Counted from the stretch's first letter, positions 36,933 to 47,526 are shown. The stretch is DNA of 64,000 nucleotides from an uncultured Lachnospiraceae bacterium (GCA_900316665.1 ONDV01000006.1:8705-72704), one strand, 5' to 3'. The notes: generated by a model not told the origin, from the sequence alone. Numbers and translations: made by a program.

Positions 36933-38417
36933 TTGAATAAATCAGGACAGGTAGTGCTGGCGGGAGCCGGATGCAGCCGGAGACATTTAACGGCGGAATG
37001 CCTGGAAGAAATAAAGTCAGCTGATGTCATAATGTATGACGATCTTATTGATGACACTATTCTTCAATTTGCCGGGTCTGACTGCAGGAAAATATATACA
37101 GGCAAGCGGTCCGGCCGCGAGAGCATAAGCCAGGACGAAATCAACATGACTATAATAAAAGAGGCAAAGACCGGCAACAAAGTTCTGAGACTTAAAGGCG
37201 GTGATCCCTTTGTCTTTGGAAGAGGAGCGGAGGAATATATTGCCATCCGAAAGGAAGGCATATCCTGCCGGGTGATTCCGGGAATCAGCTCCTCTGTCGC
37301 AGTTCCGGAAAATGTCGGCATACCGCTTACGATCAGGAAGATATCCAGGTCATTTACAGTAGTGACAGGACATACGGCAGATGGCACAGAAGAAGACATG
37401 AGAGCCCTCGCCGGATTAAAAGGCACGTTAGTAATTCTTATGGGACTCGGAAGAATAAAAAAGATCACGTTGGATCTCATCGCGTATGGGAAATCTCCAT
37501 CTACTCCGGCAGCTGTAATATCAAACGGGTTTGGCCCCGGAGAAAAAAGGATCGACGGCACCCTTGATACCATAGGACAGGCAGTCGAAAAAGCAGAAAT
37601 AAAAACGCCTGCCATTATCGTGATAGGGCCTGCCGCAGCTTATCATCTGAGCGATGAGGGCAGTCAGGGATCCCGTGATCTTCCTGTTCTTGTAACGGGA
37701 AGCAGATTTTTTTCTGAGAATTTATCCAATCGTCTTACTGAGTCGGGGATAAATGCCTGGCCTTATAAGACAATTGAGATTACTGAAAGGGACTGGGAAT
37801 ATAATAAAAAAGGATTTGGATGGATCGTATTTACAAGCGCAAACGGAGTGAATATCTGGCACAAGAGAATAAAAAGAGACAGAGAAGATTTGAGAAGTTA
37901 TGCCGGAATAAAGTTTGCCTGCATAGGAAATGATACTGAAGCAGAACTTATGAAGTGCGGGATCAGGGCTGATTTTGTCCCCAGGGAGCATACTGCTCTT
38001 GCCCTCGGAAAAGAGTTGTCTGAAAGGATATTGTCAAAAAAAGACGACACGGATAATAAAGCGGTTCTGATACTTCGCGCGTCAAATGGCTCGGCAGGAC
38101 TTACGGATGAATTTGACCTGCATGGCATATCATATAATGATGTGAAGATATATGATAGTATTCCTGTAAAGGACTCTTGCGGCAAGCTGCCGGAGTGCAA
38201 AATTATTGTATTCGGGAGCGCATCTGGTGTTGACGCTTTCTTTTCTAATCGCGATAATAAAGAAAGCAGCTTTATCGACCGGGCAGAATTCGTATGCATG
38301 GGCAGATATACTGCAGAGAGACTGAGGAAATATATATCTGATGAGAGCCGCATCAGGATCGCCGGGGAATATTCATTTGACGGTATAAGAGATGCGGTAT
38401 TACATATGAATGAGTAG
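36933..38417 (+). CDS. cobA: Uroporphyrinogen-III C-methyltransferase / uroporphyrinogen-III synthase fusion (CobA-HemD)
   Basis: RLKGGDPFVFGRG, VIPGISS, VVTGH, LMG; C-terminal FTSANGV, CIG, FGSASGV; TTG 36933 after AGAGGAG preferred over ATG 36876. Confidence 0.92.
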   Translation: MNKSGQVVLAGAGCSRRHLTAECLEEIKSADVIMYDDLIDDTILQFAGSDCRKIYTGKRSGRESISQDEINMTIIKEAKTGNKVLRLKGGDPFVFGRGAEEYIAIRKEGISCRVIPGISSSVAVPENVGIPLTIRKISRSFTVVTGHTADGTEEDMRALAGLKGTLVILMGLGRIKKITLDLIAYGKSPSTPAAVISNGFGPGEKRIDGTLDTIGQAVEKAEIKTPAIIVIGPAAAYHLSDEGSQGSRDLPVLVTGSRFFSENLSNRLTESGINAWPYKTIEITERDWEYNKKGFGWIVFTSANGVNIWHKRIKRDREDLRSYAGIKFACIGNDTEAELMKCGIRADFVPREHTALALGKELSERILSKKDDTDNKAVLILRASNGSAGLTDEFDLHGISYNDVKIYDSIPVKDSCGKLPECKIIVFGSASGVDAFFSNRDNKESSFIDRAEFVCMGRYTAERLRKYISDESRIRIAGEYSFDGIRDAVLHMNE

Positions 38418-38420
38418 GAA

Positions 38421-38984
38421 ATGTTGAATACTATTTTTTCAAACAAGGATTTACTGCATGACATAATAAGAATTGCGGTTTTTATCTTTTGCATTATTAT
38501 AGGACTTCTGATTACCAGGAACGCAGTTTCGAAAAAGAGGAAATTCGTTCTGGTTCTCCTTACAATAATATATATTATCGTGCCTGTGTATTATACTTTC
38601 TTTTCGAGAATGAATCTGTCGGGAAGACTGAACGCCTTCCGGCCGAATGAATGGCAGAACCGATTCCTGCATTATGTCATGGCGGTTTTCAAGATGCGTA
38701 TTTATTATAATTATATCGCGGATATAATGAATGTGCTTCTTTTTATACCGGTGGGATATATTCTTACCGGCTGGTTCCGATTGTCAAAGCATCACAGGCG
38801 AAATGTCTTCTGGCCGCTTCTAATTGCGGCGGTATTAAGCGGCTGCATAGAACTTATGCAGGGATATACGGGACTCGGAGTCTGTGATTTTACGGACTGG
38901 CTTTGCAATACATTGGGAGCAGTGATCGGTATTACGGCTTTGTCCATATCATTAATAAAAAGAAAAAAGAAACGGAAATCATGA
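38421..38984 (+). CDS. VanZ family membrane protein
   Basis: NVLLFIPVG, IELMQ, DFTDWLCNTLG motifs. Confidence 0.82.
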   Translation: MLNTIFSNKDLLHDIIRIAVFIFCIIIGLLITRNAVSKKRKFVLVLLTIIYIIVPVYYTFFSRMNLSGRLNAFRPNEWQNRFLHYVMAVFKMRIYYNYIADIMNVLLFIPVGYILTGWFRLSKHHRRNVFWPLLIAAVLSGCIELMQGYTGLGVCDFTDWLCNTLGAVIGITALSISLIKRKKKRKS

Positions 38985-38997
38985 ATAGAGGCAGGAT

Positions 38998-39939
38998 ATG
39001 ACACTTCAGCAGATAAAATATGTAATAACAGTTTCAGAAAAGGGTTCAATGAATAAAGCTGCCGAGGAGCTCTATCTGTCTCAGCCTACACTTACGGCAT
39101 CTATTCATGAACTGGAGAAGGAACTCGGTATCACGATTTTCATAAGAACCAGCCGGGGAGTATTTCCTACAAGCGAAGGTCAGGAATTTTTGAATGATGC
39201 AAGACAGCTGTATCAGGAATACGAATGGATCAGCGATAAATATTCTGATTCAAGCACTATAAAGCAGCAGTTTTCAGTATCGAGCCAGCACTATTCTTTC
39301 GTTGACAAGGCCTTTGTAGAGACTGTAAAGCAGTTCGGCACACGATCATTTGATTTCTCGATAAGGGAAGAAGAAACGGCCCGTGTGATAGGTAACGTAC
39401 GTGAAATGAGAAGTCAGATCGGTATCATCTACCTGTCCGACTTTAATCGGAAAATAATAACAAAGATGCTTCATGAGGGCAGCATCGAATTCAAACATAT
39501 CATAGATACATCAGCTTATGTCTACCTCTGGAAGAAACATCCTCTGGCAAACAATGAATATATTACTTTTAAGCAGCTTATGGATTATCCCTGCCTTACA
39601 TTTGACCAGGGACCTGACGCTTCTGCCTATCTTGCCGAAGAAATTCTTACGGAGCTTGATTATCCCCGCATCATACACGCAACAGACAGGGCGACCATGC
39701 TGAATCTGATGGTAGGGCTGAACGGATACACGCTTTGCTCCGGCATTATCTGCGAGGAACTGAACGGGAGTGATTATACCGCAGTACCTTTCAAAGGCAG
39801 CAAGGGCGAACCCAACAGCAGGATGGAACTTGGCTACATACAGAAAAAAGGTTATGTACAGAACAGAGTCGGAAAAAAATTCTTGAATGAAGTGATGAAA
39901 TACTTTAATCTACCGCCTGTATCTGATGAAGACATATAA
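38998..39939 (+). CDS. LysR family transcriptional regulator
   Basis: MTLQQIKY..SMNKAAEELYLSQPTLT..LEKELG..IFIRTSRG helix-turn-helix. Confidence 0.95.
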   Translation: MTLQQIKYVITVSEKGSMNKAAEELYLSQPTLTASIHELEKELGITIFIRTSRGVFPTSEGQEFLNDARQLYQEYEWISDKYSDSSTIKQQFSVSSQHYSFVDKAFVETVKQFGTRSFDFSIREEETARVIGNVREMRSQIGIIYLSDFNRKIITKMLHEGSIEFKHIIDTSAYVYLWKKHPLANNEYITFKQLMDYPCLTFDQGPDASAYLAEEILTELDYPRIIHATDRATMLNLMVGLNGYTLCSGIICEELNGSDYTAVPFKGSKGEPNSRMELGYIQKKGYVQNRVGKKFLNEVMKYFNLPPVSDEDI

Positions 39940-39962
39940 GATATTATTAGGAGGAATGGATT

Positions 39963-41213
39963 ATGAAATGGTTCAAATGGCGGGACACGAGATGGGGAGC
40001 ATATACCTTCGCCATCTGCTCCGGAGTGCTGTTCTTTTTGGTTCTTCAGAACATAGATGTGATCTGGAGCAGGATCGCTTCTTTCTTCGGATTCTTCCTG
40101 CCGGTCTTATATGGCCTTGTCATGGCATACATTCTGGATTTCCTCGTAGTCGTCTTTGAGAAACACGTCTTTTCGAAAATGCAGAACGATGTCGCGAAAA
40201 GAAATCTGTCTGTTATATTTACGATCATCGTATTCATTCTCTTTATGGTGCTGTTGAATATAGCGCTTATACCATCTCTTATTTCAAGTATTACCGAATT
40301 TACGACAAAGTGGGACAGGTATGTAAGAAAGCTTACCGATCTCGTGAATCAGATCGGCACTTCGACCACAGGAGCGAGAACGCATATTGATACTGCGCAG
40401 ATCAATCTGTATCTGAATAAAGGTCTGGAGATGCTGAAACAGTATTATCTGAAGCATCAGGGTACGGTCATGGATACCATAAGCTCCATAGGAACAAAGG
40501 CCATGACATTCATGCTTAGTTTCATCCTGGCTATATATTTCCTGATTGCCAAGCACCCCCTTATCAATGGATTCAAGAATTTCATGAAACTTTTCATGAA
40601 GGAAAAAAATTATAATGCGAGCGCCGCGACCTTCAGAAGAATCAATGGTATTTTTTCTAAATATGTAGTTTGCGAGATACTGGATGCTCTCTTTGTGGGC
40701 GTCGCAAACGCTGCTTTCATGCTTATTGCCCGAATGCCTTATGTGGCGGTCATCTCGGTCGTAGTTGGAGTTACGAATCTGGCGCCGACATTCGGACCTA
40801 TAGCCGGTGGACTTATCGGCTCGCTTATCCTGATTCTCGCGGATCCTTATGCAGTGATTCCCTTTCTCATATTTACATTTATTCTCCAGACCTTTGACGG
40901 ATATGTGGTCAAGCCTAAATTCTACGGCGGCGCCCTTTCGGTTCCTTCGGTATGGGTTCTGGTAGCGATTATCGTCATGGGAAGGATGTTCGGGGTGATA
41001 GGAATTCTTCTTGCCATCCCTGTGGCGGCGATCATCACATATTGGATCAGAGATGCCATCGAATACAAGAAAAATAATACCGAGCCTGATCCTCATCCAG
41101 TAAAGTCATTTTTCGAGTCCGGCATCAACTCGGCCCCGGAACCGGAGCCGCGCAGCAGAAGGAGCCTGAAAAAGAAAAAAGAAAAAGATGACAATTCAGA
41201 TCTTCATTATTGA
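39963..41213 (+). CDS. AI-2E family transporter (PerM-like)
   Basis: Multiple TM helices, NLAPTFGP, LQTFDGYVVKP, GILLAIP. Confidence 0.9.
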   Translation: MKWFKWRDTRWGAYTFAICSGVLFFLVLQNIDVIWSRIASFFGFFLPVLYGLVMAYILDFLVVVFEKHVFSKMQNDVAKRNLSVIFTIIVFILFMVLLNIALIPSLISSITEFTTKWDRYVRKLTDLVNQIGTSTTGARTHIDTAQINLYLNKGLEMLKQYYLKHQGTVMDTISSIGTKAMTFMLSFILAIYFLIAKHPLINGFKNFMKLFMKEKNYNASAATFRRINGIFSKYVVCEILDALFVGVANAAFMLIARMPYVAVISVVVGVTNLAPTFGPIAGGLIGSLILILADPYAVIPFLIFTFILQTFDGYVVKPKFYGGALSVPSVWVLVAIIVMGRMFGVIGILLAIPVAAIITYWIRDAIEYKKNNTEPDPHPVKSFFESGINSAPEPEPRSRRSLKKKKEKDDNSDLHY

Positions 41214-41245
41214 TGCGGGTTTTTTTGCTTTTAAGTATTCGGCAC

Positions 41246-41274
41246 TTGTATCATTATTATGCCGTGGCTATAAT
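41246..41274 (+). promoter_or_regulatory. Sigma-A promoter for serS
   Basis: TTGTAT-17 nt-TATAAT. Confidence 0.65.
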
Positions 41275-41351
41275 AAGAACGTTCATGTTGACTGTCCTGT
41301 TGGATTTCCGGCCGGTAGCCGGGAAGAATGCGGGACTTCTAGGAGGTAGAA

Positions 41352-42641
41352 ATGATAGATATAAAATTCTTACGGAGCAACCCTGATGCAGTAAAGGAGA
41401 ATATCAGGAAGAAATTCCAGGATGAAAAACTCCCGCTCGTTGATGAAGTCATAAAGTATGACGATATGGCGAGAAAAGCCCAGGTGGAAGCTGACAATCT
41501 GCGCGCGGAAAAGAACCGCATATCAAAGCAGATAGGTTCCCTGATGAAGGAAGGCAGACGTGACGAGGCCGAAGAAGCCAAAAAACAGGTGGCTGCCAAC
41601 GCAAAGAGACTTGAGGAACTGACAGCGGAAACAAAGGAATATCAGGATGAAGTCACAAAGAGAATGATGAGGATCCCCAATATCATCGATCCGTCAGTGC
41701 CGATTGGACCTGATGATACTCATAATTTGGAGATTGAACGTTTCGGTGATCCTGTGGTTCCTGATTATGAGATCCCGTATCACACTGATATCATGGAAAG
41801 ATTTGATGGTATAGATCTGGATGCCGCCGGCAAGGTAGCCGGAAACGGATTTTACTATCTGATGGGAGATATTGCCCGCCTGCATTCGGCTGTGCTTTCA
41901 TACGCGAGAGATTTTATGATAGACAAGGGATTTACATATGTGATCCCTCCTTATATGATTCACGGCAATGTCGTGAACGGTGTTATGTCCTTTGATGAAA
42001 TGGATGCCATGATGTATAAGATAGAAGGAGAGGATCTTTACCTCATAGGTACATCAGAGCATTCGATGATCGGAAAATTTATTGATACTATAAGCGACGA
42101 AGCATCCCTTCCATATACTTATACATCCTACAGCCCCTGCTTCAGAAAAGAGAAGGGCGCGCATGGTATAGAAGAGCGCGGAGTCTACAGGATCCATCAG
42201 TTCGAAAAGCAGGAGATGATTGTCGTATGCCGTCCGGAGGAGGCATGGGACTGGTACAATAAGCTCTGGTCTTATACAGTAGAGCTCTTCCGCTCCATGG
42301 ACATACCGGTAAGAACTCTTGAATGCTGTTCGGGAGATCTGGCTGATCTCAAGGTAAAGTCATGTGATGTTGAAGCATGGTCTCCACGCCAGAAGAAGTA
42401 TTTTGAAGTCGGCTCATGCTCGAATCTCGGAGACGCCCAGGCGAGACGCTTGAAGATCAGGGTAAGGAATGCCGATGGAGAGAAGTATTTTGCCAATACT
42501 CTTAATAATACAGTCGTCGCTCCCCCGAGAATGCTTATAGCTTTCCTTGAGAACAATCTGAATGAAGACGGTTCTGTAAGAATCCCTGAAGTGCTGAGAC
42601 CTTACATGGGAGGAAAGAGCGTACTTATTCCTAAGCACTGA
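41352..42641 (+). CDS. serS: Serine--tRNA ligase
   Basis: MIDIKFLR, N-terminal coiled coil, GTSEH, CFRKE, RIHQFEKQE, EVGSCSN, TLNNT. Confidence 0.97.
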   Translation: MIDIKFLRSNPDAVKENIRKKFQDEKLPLVDEVIKYDDMARKAQVEADNLRAEKNRISKQIGSLMKEGRRDEAEEAKKQVAANAKRLEELTAETKEYQDEVTKRMMRIPNIIDPSVPIGPDDTHNLEIERFGDPVVPDYEIPYHTDIMERFDGIDLDAAGKVAGNGFYYLMGDIARLHSAVLSYARDFMIDKGFTYVIPPYMIHGNVVNGVMSFDEMDAMMYKIEGEDLYLIGTSEHSMIGKFIDTISDEASLPYTYTSYSPCFRKEKGAHGIEERGVYRIHQFEKQEMIVVCRPEEAWDWYNKLWSYTVELFRSMDIPVRTLECCSGDLADLKVKSCDVEAWSPRQKKYFEVGSCSNLGDAQARRLKIRVRNADGEKYFANTLNNTVVAPPRMLIAFLENNLNEDGSVRIPEVLRPYMGGKSVLIPKH

Positions 42642-42704
42642 TAAGGCAGAGGACGAATGCGGAAATTTGATACTATCATATGATATGAATAGAAGGAATG
42701 CATT

Positions 42705-44483
42705 ATGGATAAAGAACAATATCTGTCAGTTTACAGGCATTCACTTGCCCATGTACTGGCAAAGGCAGTAATAGAGATATTCGGAAAAGGCAAGGTTCAG
42801 TACGCTATCGGTCCCCAGATAGCTGATGGATGCTATTATGATTTTATTCTTCCAAGACCTCTCACTCAGGATGATTTTGAACCCATTGAAAATAAGATGA
42901 GAGAGATCCTTAAAAGGAAGGAAGACTGGACCAGGAAGGAAGTATCGAAGGAGGAGGCTCTGGAGATCTTCAAAGATCAGAAATACAAGACCGAGCTTAT
43001 AAAGGATCTGCCGGATGATGAGGTCATCACCGTTTATTATACAGGCGATGATTATGTGGATCTCTGCCGGGGACCTCATGTGGATAATTCTGCAGAACTT
43101 CTGAATGCCGCGTTCAAGATAAAGTCGGCATCAGGCGCTTACTGGAGAGGCGACGAGCATAATGATATGATGCAGAGGATCTATCTCTATGCTTTTCCGT
43201 CAAAGGACGAATTGAAGGCGCATCTTGCTCTCGTGAGAGAGGCTATGGAACGGGATCATAAGAAGATCGGACCCAAGCTCGATCTTTTCATGTTTAATGA
43301 TACAGCTCCCGGAATGCCCTACTGGCTTCCCAGAGGATGGAAGGCTTACCGCGCCCTGATCAAATACTGGAGAGAGGTGCATGACAGGAACGGTTATCAG
43401 GAGATATCGGCTCCGGTGATCAATAACAGAAAGCTATGGCTCATATCCGGACACTGGGCTCACTATGTAAATAATATGTTCATAATTCCGGGTTCCAACG
43501 GCACTTTTGAGGATCCTGACACAATGGCGGCAAAGCCTATGAACTGCCCCAACGCCATGCTTACTTACAAGAGGACTATTCATTCTTATAAGGAACTTCC
43601 TATAAGATACAATGAGCTGGATGTCATTCACAGAAAAGAAAAGTCAGGTCAGCTGAACGGACTCTTCCGCGTGCAGGAGTTCAGGCAGGATGACGACCAT
43701 ACTTTCGTTGCCGAGTCACAGATAGAGGAGGAAATTGACAACATCCTCTCGATAGCTGACGAGATCTATCGTACATTTGGCATAACATACAGAGCAGAGC
43801 TCTCTACCAGGCCGGATGATTTCATGGGAGATATAGAGGTTTGGAATCATGCTGAGGACGCTCTCAGAAGAATTCTGGACAAGAAATACGGCAAGGGCGG
43901 ATACGAGGTCAACGAGGGCGACGGCGCTTTCTACGGACCGAAGATCGATCTGCAGATAAAGGATGCTCTCGGCAGAGAGTGGCAGTGCGGTACGGTTCAG
44001 CTTGATTTCCAGCTTCCCCATAATTTCGGCCTGACATATCAGGATAAAGATGGAAGGCTGGAGCAGCCTGTCGTGCTTCATCGCGCAATATTCGGTTCTA
44101 TCGAGAGATTCATGGGAATTCTTATCGAGAATTATAAGGGCGCTTTCCCCTTCTGGATGAGTCCTTATCAGGTAGGAATCGTTCCTATCAAGCCTGAACA
44201 TAATGAATATGCGAAGAAAGTCGCAGACGCGCTTGAGAACGCCGGAATAAGAGTGGAAGCTGATTACGCGGATAAGAACATGAATGAGAAGATCAAGTCA
44301 TTCAAGAATTACAAGGATCCGTATATCCTTGTAATAGGTGACCGGGAAGTTGAATCCGGCACTGTATCCGTAACTGTCCGCGGAGTGAAGAAGCAGCTGC
44401 ATGACGTACCTTATGAGAAGTTCACAGAGCTGGCAAAGACTCTTAATGAGAATCGTTCTCAGGAACTCATAAGTGAAATGTAA
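42705..44483 (+). CDS. thrS: Threonine--tRNA ligase (short form, no TGS domain apparent)
   Basis: RHSLAHVLA, DLCRGPH, RDHKKIG, KPMNCP, GLFRVQEFRQDD, GAFYGPKID, QLDF, HRAIFGSIERF. Confidence 0.96.
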   Translation: MDKEQYLSVYRHSLAHVLAKAVIEIFGKGKVQYAIGPQIADGCYYDFILPRPLTQDDFEPIENKMREILKRKEDWTRKEVSKEEALEIFKDQKYKTELIKDLPDDEVITVYYTGDDYVDLCRGPHVDNSAELLNAAFKIKSASGAYWRGDEHNDMMQRIYLYAFPSKDELKAHLALVREAMERDHKKIGPKLDLFMFNDTAPGMPYWLPRGWKAYRALIKYWREVHDRNGYQEISAPVINNRKLWLISGHWAHYVNNMFIIPGSNGTFEDPDTMAAKPMNCPNAMLTYKRTIHSYKELPIRYNELDVIHRKEKSGQLNGLFRVQEFRQDDDHTFVAESQIEEEIDNILSIADEIYRTFGITYRAELSTRPDDFMGDIEVWNHAEDALRRILDKKYGKGGYEVNEGDGAFYGPKIDLQIKDALGREWQCGTVQLDFQLPHNFGLTYQDKDGRLEQPVVLHRAIFGSIERFMGILIENYKGAFPFWMSPYQVGIVPIKPEHNEYAKKVADALENAGIRVEADYADKNMNEKIKSFKNYKDPYILVIGDREVESGTVSVTVRGVKKQLHDVPYEKFTELAKTLNENRSQELISEM

Positions 44484-44503
44484 TTTGCCGAAGAAGTTAT
44501 TTT

Positions 44504-44528
44504 CACCCCGGAAGCCCCGGGGTGTTTT
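44504..44528 (+). terminator. Intrinsic terminator after thrS
   Basis: CACCCCGG-loop-CCGGGGTG followed by TTTT. Confidence 0.8.
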
Positions 44529-44564
44529 CAGATATAAAACAGTGTTAACGACAGGAGTCGAAAT

Positions 44565-45188
44565 ATGGCTTATCTATATCTGATCAGACATGGTCAGACA
44601 GACATGAACATACATCATATGCTGCAGGGAAGGACAGACACTCATCTGAATGAGAAAGGCATACGGCAGGCTGAGATGGCCGGAACTTTCATAAGAAATA
44701 ATAACATTAAACCGGATGTCATAATGACCAGCCCTTTAATAAGGACTATTGAGACGGCGGAACATGTGACAGGTCTGGGCCGGGAATGCTTTAAAAAAGA
44801 ACGTCTTCTTATTGAGATGAGTTTTGGCGTATATGAAGGGAAGGAAGTCGGTCTCATTGATCCCGTATTTGAGCATGACTTTTTCCACGATCCCGCTCAT
44901 GTAAAGATGCCTGAGGGTGCAGAGAGCTTCGAACATCTTCTTTTAAGGGCTGAAAAGTTCATGGATAATATGTATAACGAATTCGGACACGGCGATGAGA
45001 GGACTGCTTTTGCCTTCGGGCACGGAGCAATTATCCACGCGATCCTTGCTGTAATAAAGAATAAGGAACTTAAGGATTTCTGGTCTGAACCGGTCCATAA
45101 TGCTGCCGTAATAAAGGTATCATTTGAAGACCGCTTTAAATACAAGGCTGCTACAGTATTTGAGGGATTCCCTTCCGGCAATATGTGA
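44565..45188 (+). CDS. Histidine phosphatase family protein
   Basis: LIRHGQT, SPLIRT, GHG motifs. Confidence 0.9.
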   Translation: MAYLYLIRHGQTDMNIHHMLQGRTDTHLNEKGIRQAEMAGTFIRNNNIKPDVIMTSPLIRTIETAEHVTGLGRECFKKERLLIEMSFGVYEGKEVGLIDPVFEHDFFHDPAHVKMPEGAESFEHLLLRAEKFMDNMYNEFGHGDERTAFAFGHGAIIHAILAVIKNKELKDFWSEPVHNAAVIKVSFEDRFKYKAATVFEGFPSGNM

Positions 45189-45210
45189 GAATAAGAACAG
45201 AGGATTTAAG

Positions 45211-46125
45211 ATGTCAGAAATTAGTGTTATGAAAGACAGGATAAGGGAACTGGCAAAAGAAAAGAATGCCAGGATTTTTGCCCACTATTATGTCCCGGAT
45301 GATGTGCAGGATATTGCTGATGAGATAGGTGATTCCTTTTATCTTGCCAGACGTGCGACGGAGACGGACGCTGATATGATCGTACTTTGCGGAGTCCGTT
45401 TTATGGGCGAGAGCGCAAAGATATTGAATCCGGGCAAGAAGGTCATAATTCCTGAGATCAATGCTGACTGCCCTATGGCTCATATGGCGACTGTCGAAAT
45501 GATAAGAGAAGTGAGAAAGGAATATCCCGGCTGCGCCGTGGTTTGCTATGTGAATTCAACAGCGGAATTGAAGGCGGAGAGCGACGTCTGCGTTACCTCG
45601 GCAAATGCTCTTAATATCGTGAGGAAGCTGCCGGCAAAGGACATTTATTTTATTCCTGACAGAAATCTTGCGCATTTCATTGATGATCAGCTGCCGGAGA
45701 AGCATTTTATTTTTAACGATGGATTTTGTCATGTTCATAATTCCATTACGCCTGAACAGATCGACAAGGCAAAGGAGCTGAAGCCGGGAGCGCTTGTACT
45801 TGTGCATCCGGAGTGCGTGCCGGACGTGGTGTCAAGAGCGGATTATGTAGGCTCGACTTCGGGAATAATAAAGTATGTTGATAATTCGGATGCGGATGAA
45901 TTTATTATTGTGACTGAAATGGGTGTTTTACATCAGTTGAAAACCCGTCATCCTGACAAGAAATTCTATACGGCAGGTCCCATGCAGCTGTGTCCGAATA
46001 TGAAAAAGGTGAGCCTGGAGAGGGTGCTTCATGCTCTTTGTGATGAGGAACCGGAGATAACTCTGCTTGATGATATAATGGACAAGGCAAGACGTCCGAT
46101 GGAAGAGATGCTTCGTCTCGCGTGA
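45211..46125 (+). CDS. nadA: Quinolinate synthase
   Basis: AHYY, GDSF, CGVRFMGE, CPMA, YVNST, CHVH, VHPEC, CPNMK; ATG 45211 follows AGAGG. Confidence 0.96.
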   Translation: MSEISVMKDRIRELAKEKNARIFAHYYVPDDVQDIADEIGDSFYLARRATETDADMIVLCGVRFMGESAKILNPGKKVIIPEINADCPMAHMATVEMIREVRKEYPGCAVVCYVNSTAELKAESDVCVTSANALNIVRKLPAKDIYFIPDRNLAHFIDDQLPEKHFIFNDGFCHVHNSITPEQIDKAKELKPGALVLVHPECVPDVVSRADYVGSTSGIIKYVDNSDADEFIIVTEMGVLHQLKTRHPDKKFYTAGPMQLCPNMKKVSLERVLHALCDEEPEITLLDDIMDKARRPMEEMLRLA

Positions 46126-46149
46126 GATTTTTCTAGAGAGGATATCGAA

Positions 46150-47526
46150 ATGTCAGCTGGAATTGGCAGAAGATATGATGTGATCATAGTTGGTGATGGT
46201 GTGGCCGGCTGCTTTACGGCCCTGCATCTGCCACGCGATTATCAGATACTTATGATAACCAAGGGCGGGTTGGAGGAATCTGATTCGTTTCTGGCTCAGG
46301 GCGGAATATGCGTCCTGAAGGATGACGGCGATTATGATTCTTATTATGAGGATACGATGAAGGCCGGCCATTATGAGAACCGGGCAGAGTCAGTTGATAT
46401 CATGATAAGGTCGTCGAGAAATATAATTCACGAGCTTATAGGCTACGGGGTCGAGTTCACCAAGAATGCGGACGGGTCGTACAGGTTCACAAGAGAGGGC
46501 GCGCATTCGACCAACAGGATCATGTATCATGATGATGAGACAGGAAAGGAGATCACGTCAAAGCTCCTTCGCGCGGTGGAGAATCTGCATAATGTGACTC
46601 TTCTTACTCATACTCCTATGATAGATATTCTGGAACGCGACAATTCATGTGACGGCGTCCTTATCGAGACTCAGGATGGAGAGAGAAAACCGGTGTTTGC
46701 AAATCATGTCATGTGGGCATGCGGAGGCATAGGAGGAATATACGAGAATTCGACCAACTTCCCTCATCTTACAGGAGATGCTCTCGGCATATCTCTCCGG
46801 CACGGGATAAAGCTGGATCATGTGAATTATATCCAGATACATCCGACGACTCTTTATTCCACTAAAAAAGAAAGAAGATTTCTGATATCCGAATCTGTAA
46901 GAGGTGAGGGCGCGCATCTTCTGGACAAGAACGGAAATAGGTTTGCAGATGAGCTTCTGCCGAGAGATGTCCTGTCCCAGGAAATATTAAAGCAGATGCG
47001 GATCGACGGAACAAAACATGTATGGCTTGATATGACATGCATAACAAAGGTTGATATAGTGAAGAGATTTCCTCATATCTTTGAGCATTGCATGAGTCTT
47101 GGAATAGACGCAAGAAAGGACTGGCTGCCTGTGGTTCCCGCTCAGCATTATTTCATGGGCGGGGTATGGGTGGATCAGTACAGCCATACGACCATGAAAC
47201 ATCTCTATGCTGCCGGAGAGACAGCCTGCAACGGTGTGCACGGCGCTAACAGACTGGCAAGCAATTCTCTTCTTGAGAGTCTTGTATTTGCAAAGAGGGC
47301 GGCTCTTAATATGGTGGAACGTGATGCTTCGGATGAGATGAGGGGAGAGAGACGTTTTTTCAATACTCTCCTTGACAAGGATGATACCGAGATCCAGCGT
47401 TTTTATTATCTGGATCCGGATGATTATGTGGATATGGACAAGTTTGAATCGGGCATGAAGACTGCCATCTGGGCAGAAATTGACCGTGAGAACAAGATTA
47501 CAGGCAGAGAGGTGCATAACAGCTGA
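46150..47526 (+). CDS. nadB: L-aspartate oxidase
   Basis: GDGVAG, AQGGI, EGAHS, QIHPT, LISESVRGEG, PAQHYFMGG, GVHGANRLASNSLLE. Confidence 0.95.
   Translation: MSAGIGRRYDVIIVGDGVAGCFTALHLPRDYQILMITKGGLEESDSFLAQGGICVLKDDGDYDSYYEDTMKAGHYENRAESVDIMIRSSRNIIHELIGYGVEFTKNADGSYRFTREGAHSTNRIMYHDDETGKEITSKLLRAVENLHNVTLLTHTPMIDILERDNSCDGVLIETQDGERKPVFANHVMWACGGIGGIYENSTNFPHLTGDALGISLRHGIKLDHVNYIQIHPTTLYSTKKERRFLISESVRGEGAHLLDKNGNRFADELLPRDVLSQEILKQMRIDGTKHVWLDMTCITKVDIVKRFPHIFEHCMSLGIDARKDWLPVVPAQHYFMGGVWVDQYSHTTMKHLYAAGETACNGVHGANRLASNSLLESLVFAKRAALNMVERDASDEMRGERRFFNTLLDKDDTEIQRFYYLDPDDYVDMDKFESGMKTAIWAEIDRENKITGREVHNS

Noticed and set aside
40284-41096. 270-aa minus-strand ORF (likewise 17035-17634, 20209-20775, 55461-56048, 62915-63484)
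   Set aside because: Each lies wholly opposite a well-supported gene and reads as a shadow frame
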